63,773 bases of DNA, filler included, from Stramenopiles sp. TOSAG23-3 (GCA_900128585.1; 14 parts of 14 records of this genome joined end to end with filler, not necessarily neighbours in it), one strand, 5' to 3'; counted from the whole stretch's first letter, positions 44,521 through 56,166 are shown. Program-made: numbers and translations. The notes: a model not told the origin generated them from the letters alone.

Positions 44521-45792
44521 ATGCCCGAGTCGTACTCCAACGAAGAATGGGCCGCAATTCGGGCCAAGGCGGAGAGTTTTCGGAAGGCGGTCCTGGACGA
44601 TCCCATCTTGACGAAAGGTCCAACGGGAAACGACCCCACATTTAAAGAGACTGTACTAAAAAGGTTTGGGGAGTACGCAAGGCTGAGGCAAGGGTTGGAA
44701 ATTGCAGCAATGTACGACAAGAGTACCCAGGCCCAGGTCAAGGAGCTGCACGAGAGGCTGGACACCGTGCGGCCTTTGTTTCGGATACCCACCAGCAAGC
44801 TAGGGCTTGCGGAGTACCCCTTTACCTTGGTCCGATTGTGTCTGTTTGTGGTTGTCTTTTTATGCGGGGGCATGTGCGTGTGCGCGTTTTCGCCCGTGGT
44901 CTGGTTCTTTGACGTTGCCCTGAAATGCACACGGTTTCGGAACGGCGCCTTCTTCGAGGGCTTCGTGGTCAGGTACCTGTTCTGGAGGCCCCTGCTGGCG
45001 GCGTCGTTCGTCGACGTGAAGCGGGATAGGAGCAAACAGGATTGGGACGAAAGTGAAGGTGGCATTGTCGTCGTAAACCATGCCTCGAACCTAGACGGCT
45101 TCGTCCTTGGCCCCTCCATAACCCCGATCATGCCCAAATTCTTGGCCAAAAAGGAGTTGTTCTACATCCCCCTCTTCGGCTGGATGGCGCTTTTACTCGG
45201 CCATGTGCTGGTCAACCGCAAAAACCGGGGAAAGGCCGTCGGGGCGCTGAACAAGGCGGCGTACAAGATTCTCAAAAAAGACAAACGATCCATTTTCATC
45301 AGTCCGGAGGGAACTCGGACGAGGGATGGTAACTTAGTTTTGCCCTTCAAAAAGGGGTCGTTCTATATACGGGAGCAAACGGGCAGTCCATTTTTTCCGT
45401 GTGTCATTCATGGCGCGTTCGCGCTGTGGCCCCCTGGGAATATTTTTATCTCTCCGGGAGAAGTCCTTGTCGAAAACTTGCCGGCAATTCCTTGCACAGC
45501 AGATCAAAGCCGGGCAAATGATCGTCTGCATTTGCAACAAATCTACACGGACCTGCTGTACCCCAAAACGATGGGAAAGGGCTTGATCGCACCGACCGAG
45601 CAGCGTCCGTTGACCATCGCGGGAGGGACCAAGTGCCTCGTTACGCTTTGTTGCGCCGCCGTAGTGTATTACGTTCTCTTTTCAAATGCCCTGTTCTTCT
45701 TGAACTCGGTCGGCATCGACGGCCTTACCTTGGGGAAATGTTTGTGCCTGGTACACGTGGTCTTGTGCGGCTACGTAGCAATCTTCAAGTAA
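44521..45792 (+). CDS. 1-acyl-sn-glycerol-3-phosphate acyltransferase (PlsC/LPAAT family)
   Basis: NHASNLD, AKKEL, PEGTRT, PFKKG. Confidence 0.95.
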   Translation: MPESYSNEEWAAIRAKAESFRKAVLDDPILTKGPTGNDPTFKETVLKRFGEYARLRQGLEIAAMYDKSTQAQVKELHERLDTVRPLFRIPTSKLGLAEYPFTLVRLCLFVVVFLCGGMCVCAFSPVVWFFDVALKCTRFRNGAFFEGFVVRYLFWRPLLAASFVDVKRDRSKQDWDESEGGIVVVNHASNLDGFVLGPSITPIMPKFLAKKELFYIPLFGWMALLLGHVLVNRKNRGKAVGALNKAAYKILKKDKRSIFISPEGTRTRDGNLVLPFKKGSFYIREQTGSPFFPCVIHGAFALWPPGNIFISPGEVLVENLPAIPCTADQSRANDRLHLQQIYTDLLYPKTMGKGLIAPTEQRPLTIAGGTKCLVTLCCAAVVYYVLFSNALFFLNSVGIDGLTLGKCLCLVHVVLCGYVAIFK

Positions 45793-46285
45793 TAAACGAA
45801 GAAAACGATTATTATTTTATTTAAAACGTACAAAAAATTTATATATCCAAAATTATACTGAGTTGATGTGTGTTAGTGTAGTAAGATAATAATTTAAAAA
45901 ATAACATAATCTACTACCGGTAGTCGTTCTAAAGATATAATAATAATATTATTTGGTGGATTAATATTTTTTACACCACCACACCATCATTTTTTTTTTA
46001 TTTATTATTATAATATAATTATTATATATTTTATTTTTTTTATTATTATATTATTACTAATATAATTATTATTTTCTTCTTCCGTCCCGTCTTGTTCTTC
46101 AAACAATATTTTAATTAGATATTCGAATATACACGACGTACATAAAAATATAGAAAAGAAGAAAAGACACTTTGAGAACTAGTAACAAGCATGGAAACGG
46201 AAAAGGAAGAAAAGATTTCAATCCATACCGATCAATACCCCGGACAGCACCGCTGAAACATCTTGGTAGATTAATTGCCAGATAA

Positions 46286-47035
46286 ATGGTTGCGTCGCAC
46301 ATCTTGTCGCTGCTCTCCTTTCGGGAGGAGTTGGTCCCGGACACCTTGGAGAACATTTTTATCCCTTCGGTGCTAACCTTGACCGTGTTTTTTGCCATAT
46401 TTGATCAGGGTTGCATAAAATTGTTGTGCCCAAAATCATGGTTTGAGCCGTACGGGGAAGCGACTTACTGGGCGTACGTCATTTCTATCAGCTATCAAGT
46501 TTGCATCTTTATTCCGCTGGGAGTGGCGGTGTTTTTTCTGGACCACAACGGGTCCTACGTGGACCTGCTGAACAGCACCTCGCACGAAACACACGGAAAG
46601 CATACCATCTTGTTTGCGTTTGCCGTTCTCGCTTACATGATTAGGGATTTCCCAAACTGCTACTACCGGCCGCTGATCCTCTTTCACCACGTAGGATGTG
46701 TGCTGACGACCTCCTGGGTCCTCCTTGAGCCGAACGTGCCAGTGTCATTTTTCATGGTCTCGACTGCCATTCTTGAAGTGGGCAGTTGCTCCAACAACAT
46801 ATGCTTTCTGAAGCCTTCCGTGTCAAACAACTTGCTATGCTCTCGTGTCTTCTTTGTTGGGCACCTTGTAGGACTGCTATGGTGCTACCACACGTATTTT
46901 TACACGGAAACTTCGTTTTGGTTTCGGAACCTGATTGTTCCGGAAGGCTTGGCGATCATGTGGGTTCGGCAACGTGTTATCGACAAAAGGTTGGCAGCGA
47001 TGCAGGCGGAAGAAGAAAACAAGAAGAGGACATGA
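46286..47035 (+). CDS. Multi-pass membrane protein, TLC-domain-like
   Basis: YMIRD, ILFHH and LEVGS motifs; 5-6 TM helices. Confidence 0.65.
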   Translation: MVASHILSLLSFREELVPDTLENIFIPSVLTLTVFFAIFDQGCIKLLCPKSWFEPYGEATYWAYVISISYQVCIFIPLGVAVFFLDHNGSYVDLLNSTSHETHGKHTILFAFAVLAYMIRDFPNCYYRPLILFHHVGCVLTTSWVLLEPNVPVSFFMVSTAILEVGSCSNNICFLKPSVSNNLLCSRVFFVGHLVGLLWCYHTYFYTETSFWFRNLIVPEGLAIMWVRQRVIDKRLAAMQAEEENKKRT

Positions 47036-47130
47036 GCTTAAGACGCCTGTACAGTAAGCGGTACTACTTTGTATATTATTTGTTACGAGTTCGGTAGTAC
47101 AAAATATTTTCGTAAATTATTAACACCCCC

Positions 47131-49023
47131 CTACAACTCGTAGCCATCGTCCTTCAACTCGTTGAATTCAAAGTGACTTGATGGCTGGGGGGCGGGGTTT
47201 CTTTTCTTTCCACGGAACAAATAGAATACACCACCAACCGTTGCGAAGGCCAGGAGAAAGATAACGACGATCTTCAGAATTTCTGACTCTGGTTCGACAA
47301 CTTTGAACACAAGCGACTGTTTGCCAGCCAAACTGAATTCGGCCAGGCTCGCCTCGTTCTGCTTAACATCGTTGGTGACGGGCTTCCTGGAGTCAAACAT
47401 AAGGGCGACCTTTTTGAAGCCGTGCGCGAACTTATCGTTAGCAAAGGGCAGGTTTACGTCCCCAAAATTATGGGCAACGAGGTATTGCCCGTCCTCCCCT
47501 GTTCTCGTGTACGCCAGTACATCGTCCCCACCCAAATGATCGACTGATTTATAAGCACCGCTGTGGAGCGCATCGGATGTTTTCCGCAAGGCAAGGAGCT
47601 CGTGCATCGCCATGAGCATCGAATCGGCGTTTCCCAGCTGCTCCTTCACGTTCGTTTTTACATAATTTTTGGACACGGGCAGCCAAGTCTTCACGCCTGC
47701 GCCACTGAAACCACCGTTTGTATTCTCGCTACTCCACTGCAGCGGTGTCCTTTCTGGGTCGCGACAGTTCCATGCCGCAGTGCTGACCTTGCACGTCGGA
47801 TCCTGGGCCTCTGCCTTCGTTACCTCCCCGTCCAACATGCCAAATTCATCGCCATTGTATAAAGTTGGGGTACCCCGTAGCGTCAGCAATAGGGTGTGCA
47901 GGCATCTTGAAAGGTACTCATCGCCCCCGTACCGAGATCTTACGCGCCGAACATCGTGATTTCCAATGACCCAATTCGGCTGCGCCCAGCTCCCCAGTTT
48001 TACTAAGGACGCATCGTAATGGTCGATGGAAGCTTTCATTTTTTGTGGGTTTAGCGATGCCGTTTCCCCTAGGTCCCCGATCAAAAGCATGTTGTACGGC
48101 ATATTAAATTCCGGACTTTCCTTGCTACCATAGTAGGACAAAACATCGCTTTCCGAAATTTGTTTGTTTTGGTAGATTTCACCGACCATGAACCGCCCCT
48201 TCCCGTACTCCTGGAGCACGCTCTGCATCCCCTGGAGAATCTCGTGCAGGCCGTCAAGATTTTCAGTCATAGTGTGCAGGTTGCGGTTGTACGCATCGCT
48301 TACAGGTCCCCCAGCTTTCCAGTCTGGATTTTCGGGCTCGTCAGCAAACGTTGGGCTCTCCAGCATGTACGCGAACGCGTCGACTCGAAACCCGCTGACG
48401 CCTTTGTCCAGCCAGAATCGCATCGCGTCGTGCATTGCATCGACGACTTTTGGGTTCCTCCAGTTAAGATCCGGCTGCGCGGCAAGAAACTGGTGGTAGT
48501 AGTACTCTTTTCTGGTTTCGTCGTACTCCCACGCACTGCATTCGACGTCCATGCAAAACATGGTCCTCCAATTGTTCGGTGGCTCCATCTTTCCGCCCTG
48601 CCCATTTTTTCCTTTTCGCCAAATGTACCAGTCTTTCTTGTCGTTGTCGCCGGACATTCGACTTTCTTTAAACCAGGCGTGTTGGTCCGAAGAGTGGTTG
48701 GGGACAAAGTCCATTAGCACTTTGACGTTGTGCTCTTTTGCAGCTTTCATCATATTTTCGAAATCGTCCATAGTGCCGAAGGTAGGCCAAATATTCTTGA
48801 AGTCCGAGATGTCGTAACCAAAGTCTTTCATCGGGGAGTTGTATATTGGAGACAGCCATAAAATACTCACGCCAAGGTCTTCTGCTAAATACTTCATCTT
48901 GTCCGTCACACCTTGCAACGAACCCGTCCCAGTGCACGACGGTTTGCAACCATCGTTGAAACTCCTGGGATAAATTTGGTAAATGACCCCCTTCTTCCAC
49001 CAGTCATCAGGGCTTGGTGCCAT
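47131..49023 (-). CDS. GH13 alpha-glucosidase/maltase-like enzyme with a C-terminal TM anchor
   Basis: YQIYPRSF, DFGYD, DFVPNH, QPDLN, GFRVDA, GE, GNHD. Confidence 0.95.
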   Translation of the reverse strand: MAPSPDDWWKKGVIYQIYPRSFNDGCKPSCTGTGSLQGVTDKMKYLAEDLGVSILWLSPIYNSPMKDFGYDISDFKNIWPTFGTMDDFENMMKAAKEHNVKVLMDFVPNHSSDQHAWFKESRMSGDNDKKDWYIWRKGKNGQGGKMEPPNNWRTMFCMDVECSAWEYDETRKEYYYHQFLAAQPDLNWRNPKVVDAMHDAMRFWLDKGVSGFRVDAFAYMLESPTFADEPENPDWKAGGPVSDAYNRNLHTMTENLDGLHEILQGMQSVLQEYGKGRFMVGEIYQNKQISESDVLSYYGSKESPEFNMPYNMLLIGDLGETASLNPQKMKASIDHYDASLVKLGSWAQPNWVIGNHDVRRVRSRYGGDEYLSRCLHTLLLTLRGTPTLYNGDEFGMLDGEVTKAEAQDPTCKVSTAAWNCRDPERTPLQWSSENTNGGFSGAGVKTWLPVSKNYVKTNVKEQLGNADSMLMAMHELLALRKTSDALHSGAYKSVDHLGGDDVLAYTRTGEDGQYLVAHNFGDVNLPFANDKFAHGFKKVALMFDSRKPVTNDVKQNEASLAEFSLAGKQSLVFKVVEPESEILKIVVIFLLAFATVGGVFYLFRGKKRNPAPQPSSHFEFNELKDDGYEL

Positions 49024-50736
49024 TTGTTCGTGTCGTTAATAAACTATGGAACTGAAGACCCCCCCCACCACGGTCGTTCTGAAGTATATGACTATTATTG
49101 GTTGGCTCTATCGTCCAACAACAAGTGTGCTTGACAATCAATCTACGTTTAAAACTGAAAACTCGGTGAAAGAAGCGCACAAAAGCAGCTAACAGTAAAA
49201 CGCACTTGTTGTGATCTTTCTTTCTTCTGTTCCTTTTTCTCTACTATTTCGCATGTATATGGTGGTGCGCGTGGATGGCGCAGGTGGGCTTCTTCTCTTT
49301 TGTGTTCGTCGACGAATAAAACCGCACAGCCAGCACAGCACATATAATTCCTTATTTTCACGATATTCGTTCTCTCTTCTTTTATTAAATCATCTTCTTG
49401 ACAAAAAATCACTTCTTCATTTCTAAAAAACAAAAAATAAAAGTGGAAGAATAATAGGATTTACACAGCATTAAAATAAAANNNNNNNNNNNNNNNNNNN
49501 NNNNNNNNNNNNNNNNNNNNNNNNNTTAATTAATTAANNNNNNNNNNNNNNNNNNNNNNNNNNNNNNNNNNNNNNNNNNNNTTTTTTTTTTTTTTTTTTT
49601 TTTTTTTTTTCTTCTTCTTCTTCTCTTCATCAATTTTTAAAGAAGAGAAGAAGAAGAAGAAGAAGAGCTGAGAGCTGAGATTTGGTATAGAAGAAGAAGA
49701 AGAAGAGGAGGCTCCTTGGTATAATTATTTTTTGCTTCTTCTTCAACCAACAATAAATATAAATAAATAGTATTAATTCATTTTGGTTTGTACTTAAAAC
49801 TTGTATATAAAAAAAGTTTATCTGAGGATTTTTCTAATTGTGATAAATAATAATTTTGATTATTTTATATAACTATCATATAGGTATTTATAATTAATTG
49901 AATAGGAGGATTCAAGAGCTTTTGTTTTCTTCAAATGCTGGAGACAGGATTAGTAGGAACAACATGTAGTTAAGGTAACTAACAATTTAAATCGCTATAC
50001 GAGATTACATTATTGATGACTTTGTGATTTTGATTATTTTAATCATGAATACAATGACAAGATACTGTGCCAGAAGGATGGATGCAAGCGAGAAATATTA
50101 TTATCCCAGAAGAAAACCGATGTCCTTAATTGAAAATGCATCAAGTAGACTTTCAACTATAACATTTTGTATACTAAAAGAACAATAATTCACTATCTAT
50201 AATGTCAATGTTGTGATTATGGTGGAATCGTATTCTATTAATATAGACAGAGCATTGACATTTGTCACCACCATTCGTTTTCCTTTTTTTAATTCTTTTT
50301 ATTTATTTAGGCTAGGAATTATCAATTAAGGAATATATACACAGTACAATGGAATACTATTTTGATTTAAATTATTTTCAATTTCTATATTGACTTTAAA
50401 ACAGTTGTAAACATGGGGATTGCCTACAGGCACATTCGAAGATGGCCTTAATTATCGAAGAGACCAGATTACTTTTTCATTATTTAATTATAAGGGGAAT
50501 AGTATTGAACGGGACAATAATAAATATTTCCATTATCATAACACAACAACAGGGGAGCAGGACGGTAAAAGAAGTATTTTTACGACTCGTATACAAGCCT
50601 TTCTTTTTCGTTGTTTCGACACATTGGGTGCGGTCAACGCATCCTCGGAAATCCAATCCAACCCGAAAGTCACTCGTAGCTTTGCGAAGTAGTAAAATCA
50701 AAGAAATACAATCACAATTTTTTCAAAACATCAATC

Positions 50737-50907
50737 ATGCCTTCATTAGCACACACTCGCCCACGCAAATACGGAAAAGGATCCCGTTCCTCGCGAATAA
50801 CCGGAAGGCCCGGTGGTAACGGGTTGATCCGCAAATACGGTCTTAACATGAAGCGCCAGGAATTCCGTGAGCTTGCCAGATCTATGGGATGGTCCAAGTT
50901 TAATTAA
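50737..50907 (+). CDS. RPS29: 40S ribosomal protein S29 (uS14), cysteine-free variant; not in the ORF track
   Basis: MPSLAHTRPRKYGKGSRSSRITGRPGGNGLIRKYGLNMKRQEFRELARSMGWSKFN* (56 aa); PRKYGKGSR and GLIRKYGLNM are diagnostic. Confidence 0.93.
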   Translation: MPSLAHTRPRKYGKGSRSSRITGRPGGNGLIRKYGLNMKRQEFRELARSMGWSKFN

Positions 50908-52162
50908 GTAAGCAAAATGTGGTTTGGAATACGTTAGGATGCAGAGATGTATTAGAAGGAAGCGTAAATGGTGTGTGTAGCACAACATCGAGCATGGGGA
51001 GGGAAGCATGGTTTTTCACTACCGTGCACCTTATGGTAAAAGACTTGAGCCAGGCACGGCTGGCTGCGATTCTGTCGCATTTATCAAGACCATATCGACA
51101 GCGCCACACCACCAAAAGCGTGGAGCACATTTGTGCATTTGCAGGAACTTTGCTGGCGTCGCAGTTGCTTTTATGTCTTTTTAGTGTTGAATAAATATTC
51201 TAGGCTAGTTAATTGTTTATTAAAAAAACGCAGAAGCAATATTTTTTTCTCTTCGGCGATGCGGCAGACTGTACCGGATCCGCCCAATACTATGCAACCT
51301 GGTTCACATTGGACCTGACCATCGCGTTCCAAATTCTTAAACCGCTGAAAACCATTCTCCTCCAAACATATTGTTCCCTCTCTCTACGCGCCGTGCTCCT
51401 ATGCCTTCATTAATCCAAACGCCATTTGTAATTTTCTCAAAAAAATGGAAATCCTGGCGGCCGCAAACAACTGGGGCTTGGAGCTTGGACCCTTATAACA
51501 ACACTATCATTAGTACAAATAAACCGTATACTTTACACGCTTTTATTCCTATTGAATAATGAAAATTTTGATTATTATTATTTTCTGATATAATTTCAGA
51601 ATTGTGATTCTTCCTTCTTCATTTTTCTTCTTTCTTCTCCTCTTCTTCTTCAATCATTTTTTTTCTCATTCTTCATCATCAGCAATAATTTATAAAACAA
51701 AATTCTATAATTATATATAGACACACCATTGAAACAGGAGTATTTATTATTTTATTGTATCCATTTTTTAAAATATAATAATAATAAAAATAACAACAAC
51801 AGAAAATTATTATTATTTTTTGGATTATTATTTTATTCATATAGTAAACAACAACAGGACACAACAGGGAAGGAAGCTTTCTTCAACTACAGAAAAAAAA
51901 AAAGCAGAAGAAAGAAGAAGGAATGACATCAAACAAGGAGAACAGGAGAACACAGAAAGGAGAGAATAATAATAAAGGAACCCTTCCCTTTACTTACTTC
52001 CGTTTTAATTCAAACACCAATGGGACCTGTACAGGCGAAAAGGTCAACGTTTAAATTTTGAAAGTAGCTTTTTACATTATCAGGTTGGACGAGAAGAGAC
52101 ACAGAACACAATTTAAAAAGAAAGCAAACCACTTCTATTAATCTCAAACTTTTTATTTCCAA

Positions 52163-52768
52163 ATGAAACTCTTCGTTGCTCTTGCCCTTGTAGTGGCAGT
52201 AACCATGGTGCCATCGGGGGAAGCCGCTGGAAGCCTTGACTTTGCGTGTGGTGAGATGATCGGTGCATTGTGTGGAGGTCTTCCACACGACCAGGTGAAG
52301 GAATGCCTTCGCCGAAATCGGGACAGGTTAAGCCGTCCGTGCCACGAGAAAATCATTGAAGATGAAGCGTTCGACTGCGGTCTTGCGGTCGAGAAAGAAT
52401 GCGGTGCTGCACGAAAGAACGGCACAGAGGCCTTCCACAAGTGCATCAAGGAACACGACAAAGTCTTCGAGGAAATTTGCCCAGAAAAGAGCAAAGATCG
52501 CCGGGTTGACTGGGACGAGCAAAAAAACATCAAGTGTGGCTGGGAGGTTGAGGAATACTGCAGCCCATGCAAGGATCGCGCGTGCGTTAAAAAGTGCATC
52601 GAAGCCCTTGCAGAGAAAACCACGGAATGCGGGATTGCCTTCCACGAGAAGGCTAACTTCGAGTGTGGCATCGAATTTGAAGTTGAATGTGGCAAATCGC
52701 GAGAGCTTGGTCCAATTGAGCTCGTTCGATGCATTGAGGAGCGCCACCCCTGTGCAGCACGCAACTAG
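52163..52768 (+). CDS. Secreted cysteine-rich repeat protein (four CGxExxxxC...C repeats)
   Basis: Signal peptide; repeats resembling GLG1-type Cys-rich units. Confidence 0.8.
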   Translation: MKLFVALALVVAVTMVPSGEAAGSLDFACGEMIGALCGGLPHDQVKECLRRNRDRLSRPCHEKIIEDEAFDCGLAVEKECGAARKNGTEAFHKCIKEHDKVFEEICPEKSKDRRVDWDEQKNIKCGWEVEEYCSPCKDRACVKKCIEALAEKTTECGIAFHEKANFECGIEFEVECGKSRELGPIELVRCIEERHPCAARN

Positions 52769-53382
52769 TTTGCTCGTGCTCTCAACTAGCTTCCATCCTT
52801 GTGCACAATCGTAATAACTGTCCTGCGACACGTTCGTCTATTTCGTATTTTGCTCAACGATAAGCAAACAGAGTATTGTGAGGAGAGAGAATAGGAGTAG
52901 AAAAATAATCGACGCACTACTTTGGTACTACCAAGGGTATAATGTAATACCAGGTTTTTATTAATATTGACACCGGGTACCGTACCTGGTATTATACCTT
53001 TACCAACCACTCTAATTATTTAAGGATTAATATATATATAATTATATATTATTTACTTTTCAAGACAATTAAATAAAGTGGATAAAATATTGAATTGAAA
53101 GCAAAAAGGAGTTCAATATGTCCTTATTATCCCCTTGATTCTGTTTCCTTTTGTTGTCCTCATTCCCCCCACCACCCCCACACACACACCCCATGCCCAA
53201 GACAAAGGTAGCAGAAAGAGAAACGTATTTTATCTGTAGTTAAAACAACAGGGCAGTTATTCCTTGATCAAACATACTGCTGTCGTCTTGGACCGATTCC
53301 ACCTGAACAGCATAAAAGAGTACTTTTGTCTTTAATGGATTGGTCCTACCTTGAGGGTGGGTAAACGTCTGTACAAATAGTT

Positions 53383-54747
53383 ATGGGGATCCTGCGAATG
53401 TTGCGGGGCTTCATTGGCCTCTGCGTTTTCGTTTTTGTACTGTTTGCCCTGGAAAAAAATTTACATTTTGGTGACAAGATAGAGTTTCTACGCCGTTCGT
53501 ACGCAATAGTAGGGGGCTATAGGACTGTCGTGGAAGCCAGCCGTCATAGCACGTTTCTTAGAACGGCGGAGGCCAACTATTTTTTTCGGAACGGAATTTC
53601 AAAGCAAGCGGTAGACACCATCTTGCAACAGGCGGTAAATTTTGAAAAAATTGTCAATAGCATTGAACCCATTGACACGATCCAGTTTACCATGTATCGC
53701 TCCAAACAACTCACTGATGCATGGGGAAAAGGCAGCGTCGAAACCTTTCAGAATAAAGAGCACGCCTGCCCCTACGTACAGAAATGTTTTTCCGTGGTAG
53801 GCGATTTGTCCCAAGACAAGTCCCTGTCTCGATCACGCGCATCGGTCAACATGGTCTCCAATTGTCAAAATATAGAAAATGGTCTGTCCAAATCTTTTAT
53901 GGAAGGCGACACCTTTTATTTTCCTGGAAAGAATTTAAGAAAAGTTTTGCTGTGTGGAGAAGGTGGCCGGAAGGCCCTAGAGGGAAAACTCGAGAACTTT
54001 GACATCGCATTTTTGTTCAACCCTATGGTGCCGTACACCACGACACAAGGTGCAGTACAGCAGACCGAGTTGTTATTTTTTAATCCGCATGTGCGCGGTG
54101 GGGTAAGTTTTTTTTTGAAACTGGCACGGACGGCGAGAAACCCCAAGCCTAGGATCCAGCTAGGGGCGCACCGTTTTGACGTCGGGATATTTGTAAGCAA
54201 TTGCGAAGGGGGCCCCCGGAACAGGTACTTGAGTGCGTTAACAGAACCCTCTGCCCTCAAAACATTGTCTGTTTTTTCGTTTGGAAAGTGCTTTCCTGTG
54301 CATGGACGGGGGCGTACCAACGTTCAAGAGTTTCTTCGAATGAACGTCGCCGACGACACTATGGATGGTGGTGGAAACCCCTTCAAGGAGAAAGAGTACG
54401 CATCGAGGTCATTCCGGTTCATAGTGAGCATGGAAAACGCAGTCGATAACCCGTTTTATGTCACAGAAAAGATTTTCAACGCTTACCGTAGCGGCGCGCT
54501 GCCTCTCTACCTAGGCCCCCGCGAGGTACTTTTGTTTGTACCAAAGCACAGTTTCATAGATGTGAGTAACTACAGAGACACACCGGCTTTGGTAAAATAT
54601 TTGGAATACCTCAAGAAAAATCGGAGTGCTTACGATGAATACATGTCTTGGGACCTGGACGAGTATGTCAGCAGGCCGTGGATACAGAGTAAGTTACTGT
54701 CCACATCTTGGCAATGCAGACTGTGCTCCCAGCTGTCGTCTTTGTAA
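53383..54747 (+). CDS. GT10 alpha-1,3/4-fucosyltransferase-like protein
   Basis: Type II TM anchor; FVSNC and FIVSMEN...YVTEKIFNAYRSGALPLYLG. Confidence 0.9.
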   Translation: MGILRMLRGFIGLCVFVFVLFALEKNLHFGDKIEFLRRSYAIVGGYRTVVEASRHSTFLRTAEANYFFRNGISKQAVDTILQQAVNFEKIVNSIEPIDTIQFTMYRSKQLTDAWGKGSVETFQNKEHACPYVQKCFSVVGDLSQDKSLSRSRASVNMVSNCQNIENGLSKSFMEGDTFYFPGKNLRKVLLCGEGGRKALEGKLENFDIAFLFNPMVPYTTTQGAVQQTELLFFNPHVRGGVSFFLKLARTARNPKPRIQLGAHRFDVGIFVSNCEGGPRNRYLSALTEPSALKTLSVFSFGKCFPVHGRGRTNVQEFLRMNVADDTMDGGGNPFKEKEYASRSFRFIVSMENAVDNPFYVTEKIFNAYRSGALPLYLGPREVLLFVPKHSFIDVSNYRDTPALVKYLEYLKKNRSAYDEYMSWDLDEYVSRPWIQSKLLSTSWQCRLCSQLSSL

Positions 54748-55436
54748 AAAGTCACACGCCTCCTCGGGCACGGAGTTTTGTTGCAGGAGAAGCAGTGCGT
54801 AAATTCTCGAGCCTCGGATTCTCTGCGACAGAGATTTTGGAAAAAAAAATTGCATTACTTGTGTGTGTCAAATTAATATTAAAAATCTATTGAAAAATTA
54901 TGACACTTTTAAACTGCTTTCGAAAATGGCCCATCGTGCGGTCTCTCTCTCCCCCCCCCCCCCCCCCCCCCCCCNNNNNNNNNNNNNNNNNNNNNNNNNN
55001 NNNNNNNNNNNNNNNNNNTTAATTAATTAANNNNNNNNNNNNNNNNNNNNNNNNNNNNNNNNNNNNNNNNNNNNTGAAATAGTTAACATAAAGTCCTTCG
55101 CTATTTTTCATTCCGCGCCAAAGATACTGAACATTGCAATATTTCGTCTCTCTGCTGTGTTTGTTTGTTCCTCTTTGCTGTGTTTATACAAACCGTTAAA
55201 ACAAATAAATAACATCCACACAGTATCATTTAAATGCTGTGTCAATAGTTTATTCGTAAAAACAAATATAATTACAGGCACACAGTATTATTATTAATAC
55301 TGTGTCTATATATATAATCCCCCTCTATTCTAAACCAGAAAAAAAAAAAAATGAGTTCGTCGTATTCCATCCTCCATCCAATCTAAAATTAATATATTTA
55401 TAATTAAAATATTTAATAGAAGTAGAAGAGAGAAGA

Positions 55437-55477
<41 letters not shown>

Positions 55478-55689
55478 ACGACAAAAAAAAAAAACAAACC
55501 AAAATGATGATGTGATATTTGTTATTTGAGATGTGGGATCATAATTAGACCAATCAGTTGGAACTTTGTTTTTATTTCTTAATTTGGGTGTTTTCATTTG
55601 AAGGCGTTTAAACAAGCTGAAAATTTAAATTATTATTATTTTGTTTCTTTGGTGCAACCGACTACGATAGTTTTTTTATAAGTAAAAGC

Positions 55690-56166
55690 ATGAGCGAAAA
55701 AGTCGTTTCAGCGGAGGACGCGGCCCGTGCCAAGAAGCGGGCAGAGATTATGAAGAACCTGGAAATAGCAAGGGCTGCGCAGAAAGCTAAGGAGGAAAGT
55801 GCAAAGGCCGATGCAACACCAGAGGCAAAAATGTTCGGAACGCACATTGGAATTACGTGCGACGGTTGCAACTGCATTCCAATAGTTGGTTATAGATGGC
55901 GGTGCAAGAACTGCAAGAACCATGATCTTTGTGACGCCTGCTACGACGAGTTCAAGTCCAACAAGAAGTTGCTTCATGTCAACCAACGCCGTAACCCAAT
56001 ATCCATGAGGCTCGAAGACCACGAGTTCAAAGCCATCGCAGAGCCAGGTTGCTTCAAGAGCATGGTCGGGGCCGTTACCACCGTGAAGAAGGCGAAGCAG
56101 AAGCCGAACGACCCTTGCTCCTGTGGCTCCGGGAAGAAGGCTAAGAAATGCTGCCTGAAGAAGTAG
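55690..56166 (+). CDS. ZZ zinc finger + SEC-C motif protein
   Basis: CDGC..IVGYRWRCKNC.NHDLCDAC; PNDPCSCGSGKKAKKCC. Confidence 0.9.
   Translation: MSEKVVSAEDAARAKKRAEIMKNLEIARAAQKAKEESAKADATPEAKMFGTHIGITCDGCNCIPIVGYRWRCKNCKNHDLCDACYDEFKSNKKLLHVNQRRNPISMRLEDHEFKAIAEPGCFKSMVGAVTTVKKAKQKPNDPCSCGSGKKAKKCCLKK

Noticed and set aside
51101-51159. tRNA call for the cloverleaf
   Set aside because: No 7-nt anticodon loop, D-loop GG or TTCRA; kept only as an unknown structure.
51462-51482. ACAACTGGGGCTT resembling the RNase MRP CR-V element
   Set aside because: No matching CR-I (GAAAGUCCCC-like) partner at a plausible distance upstream.
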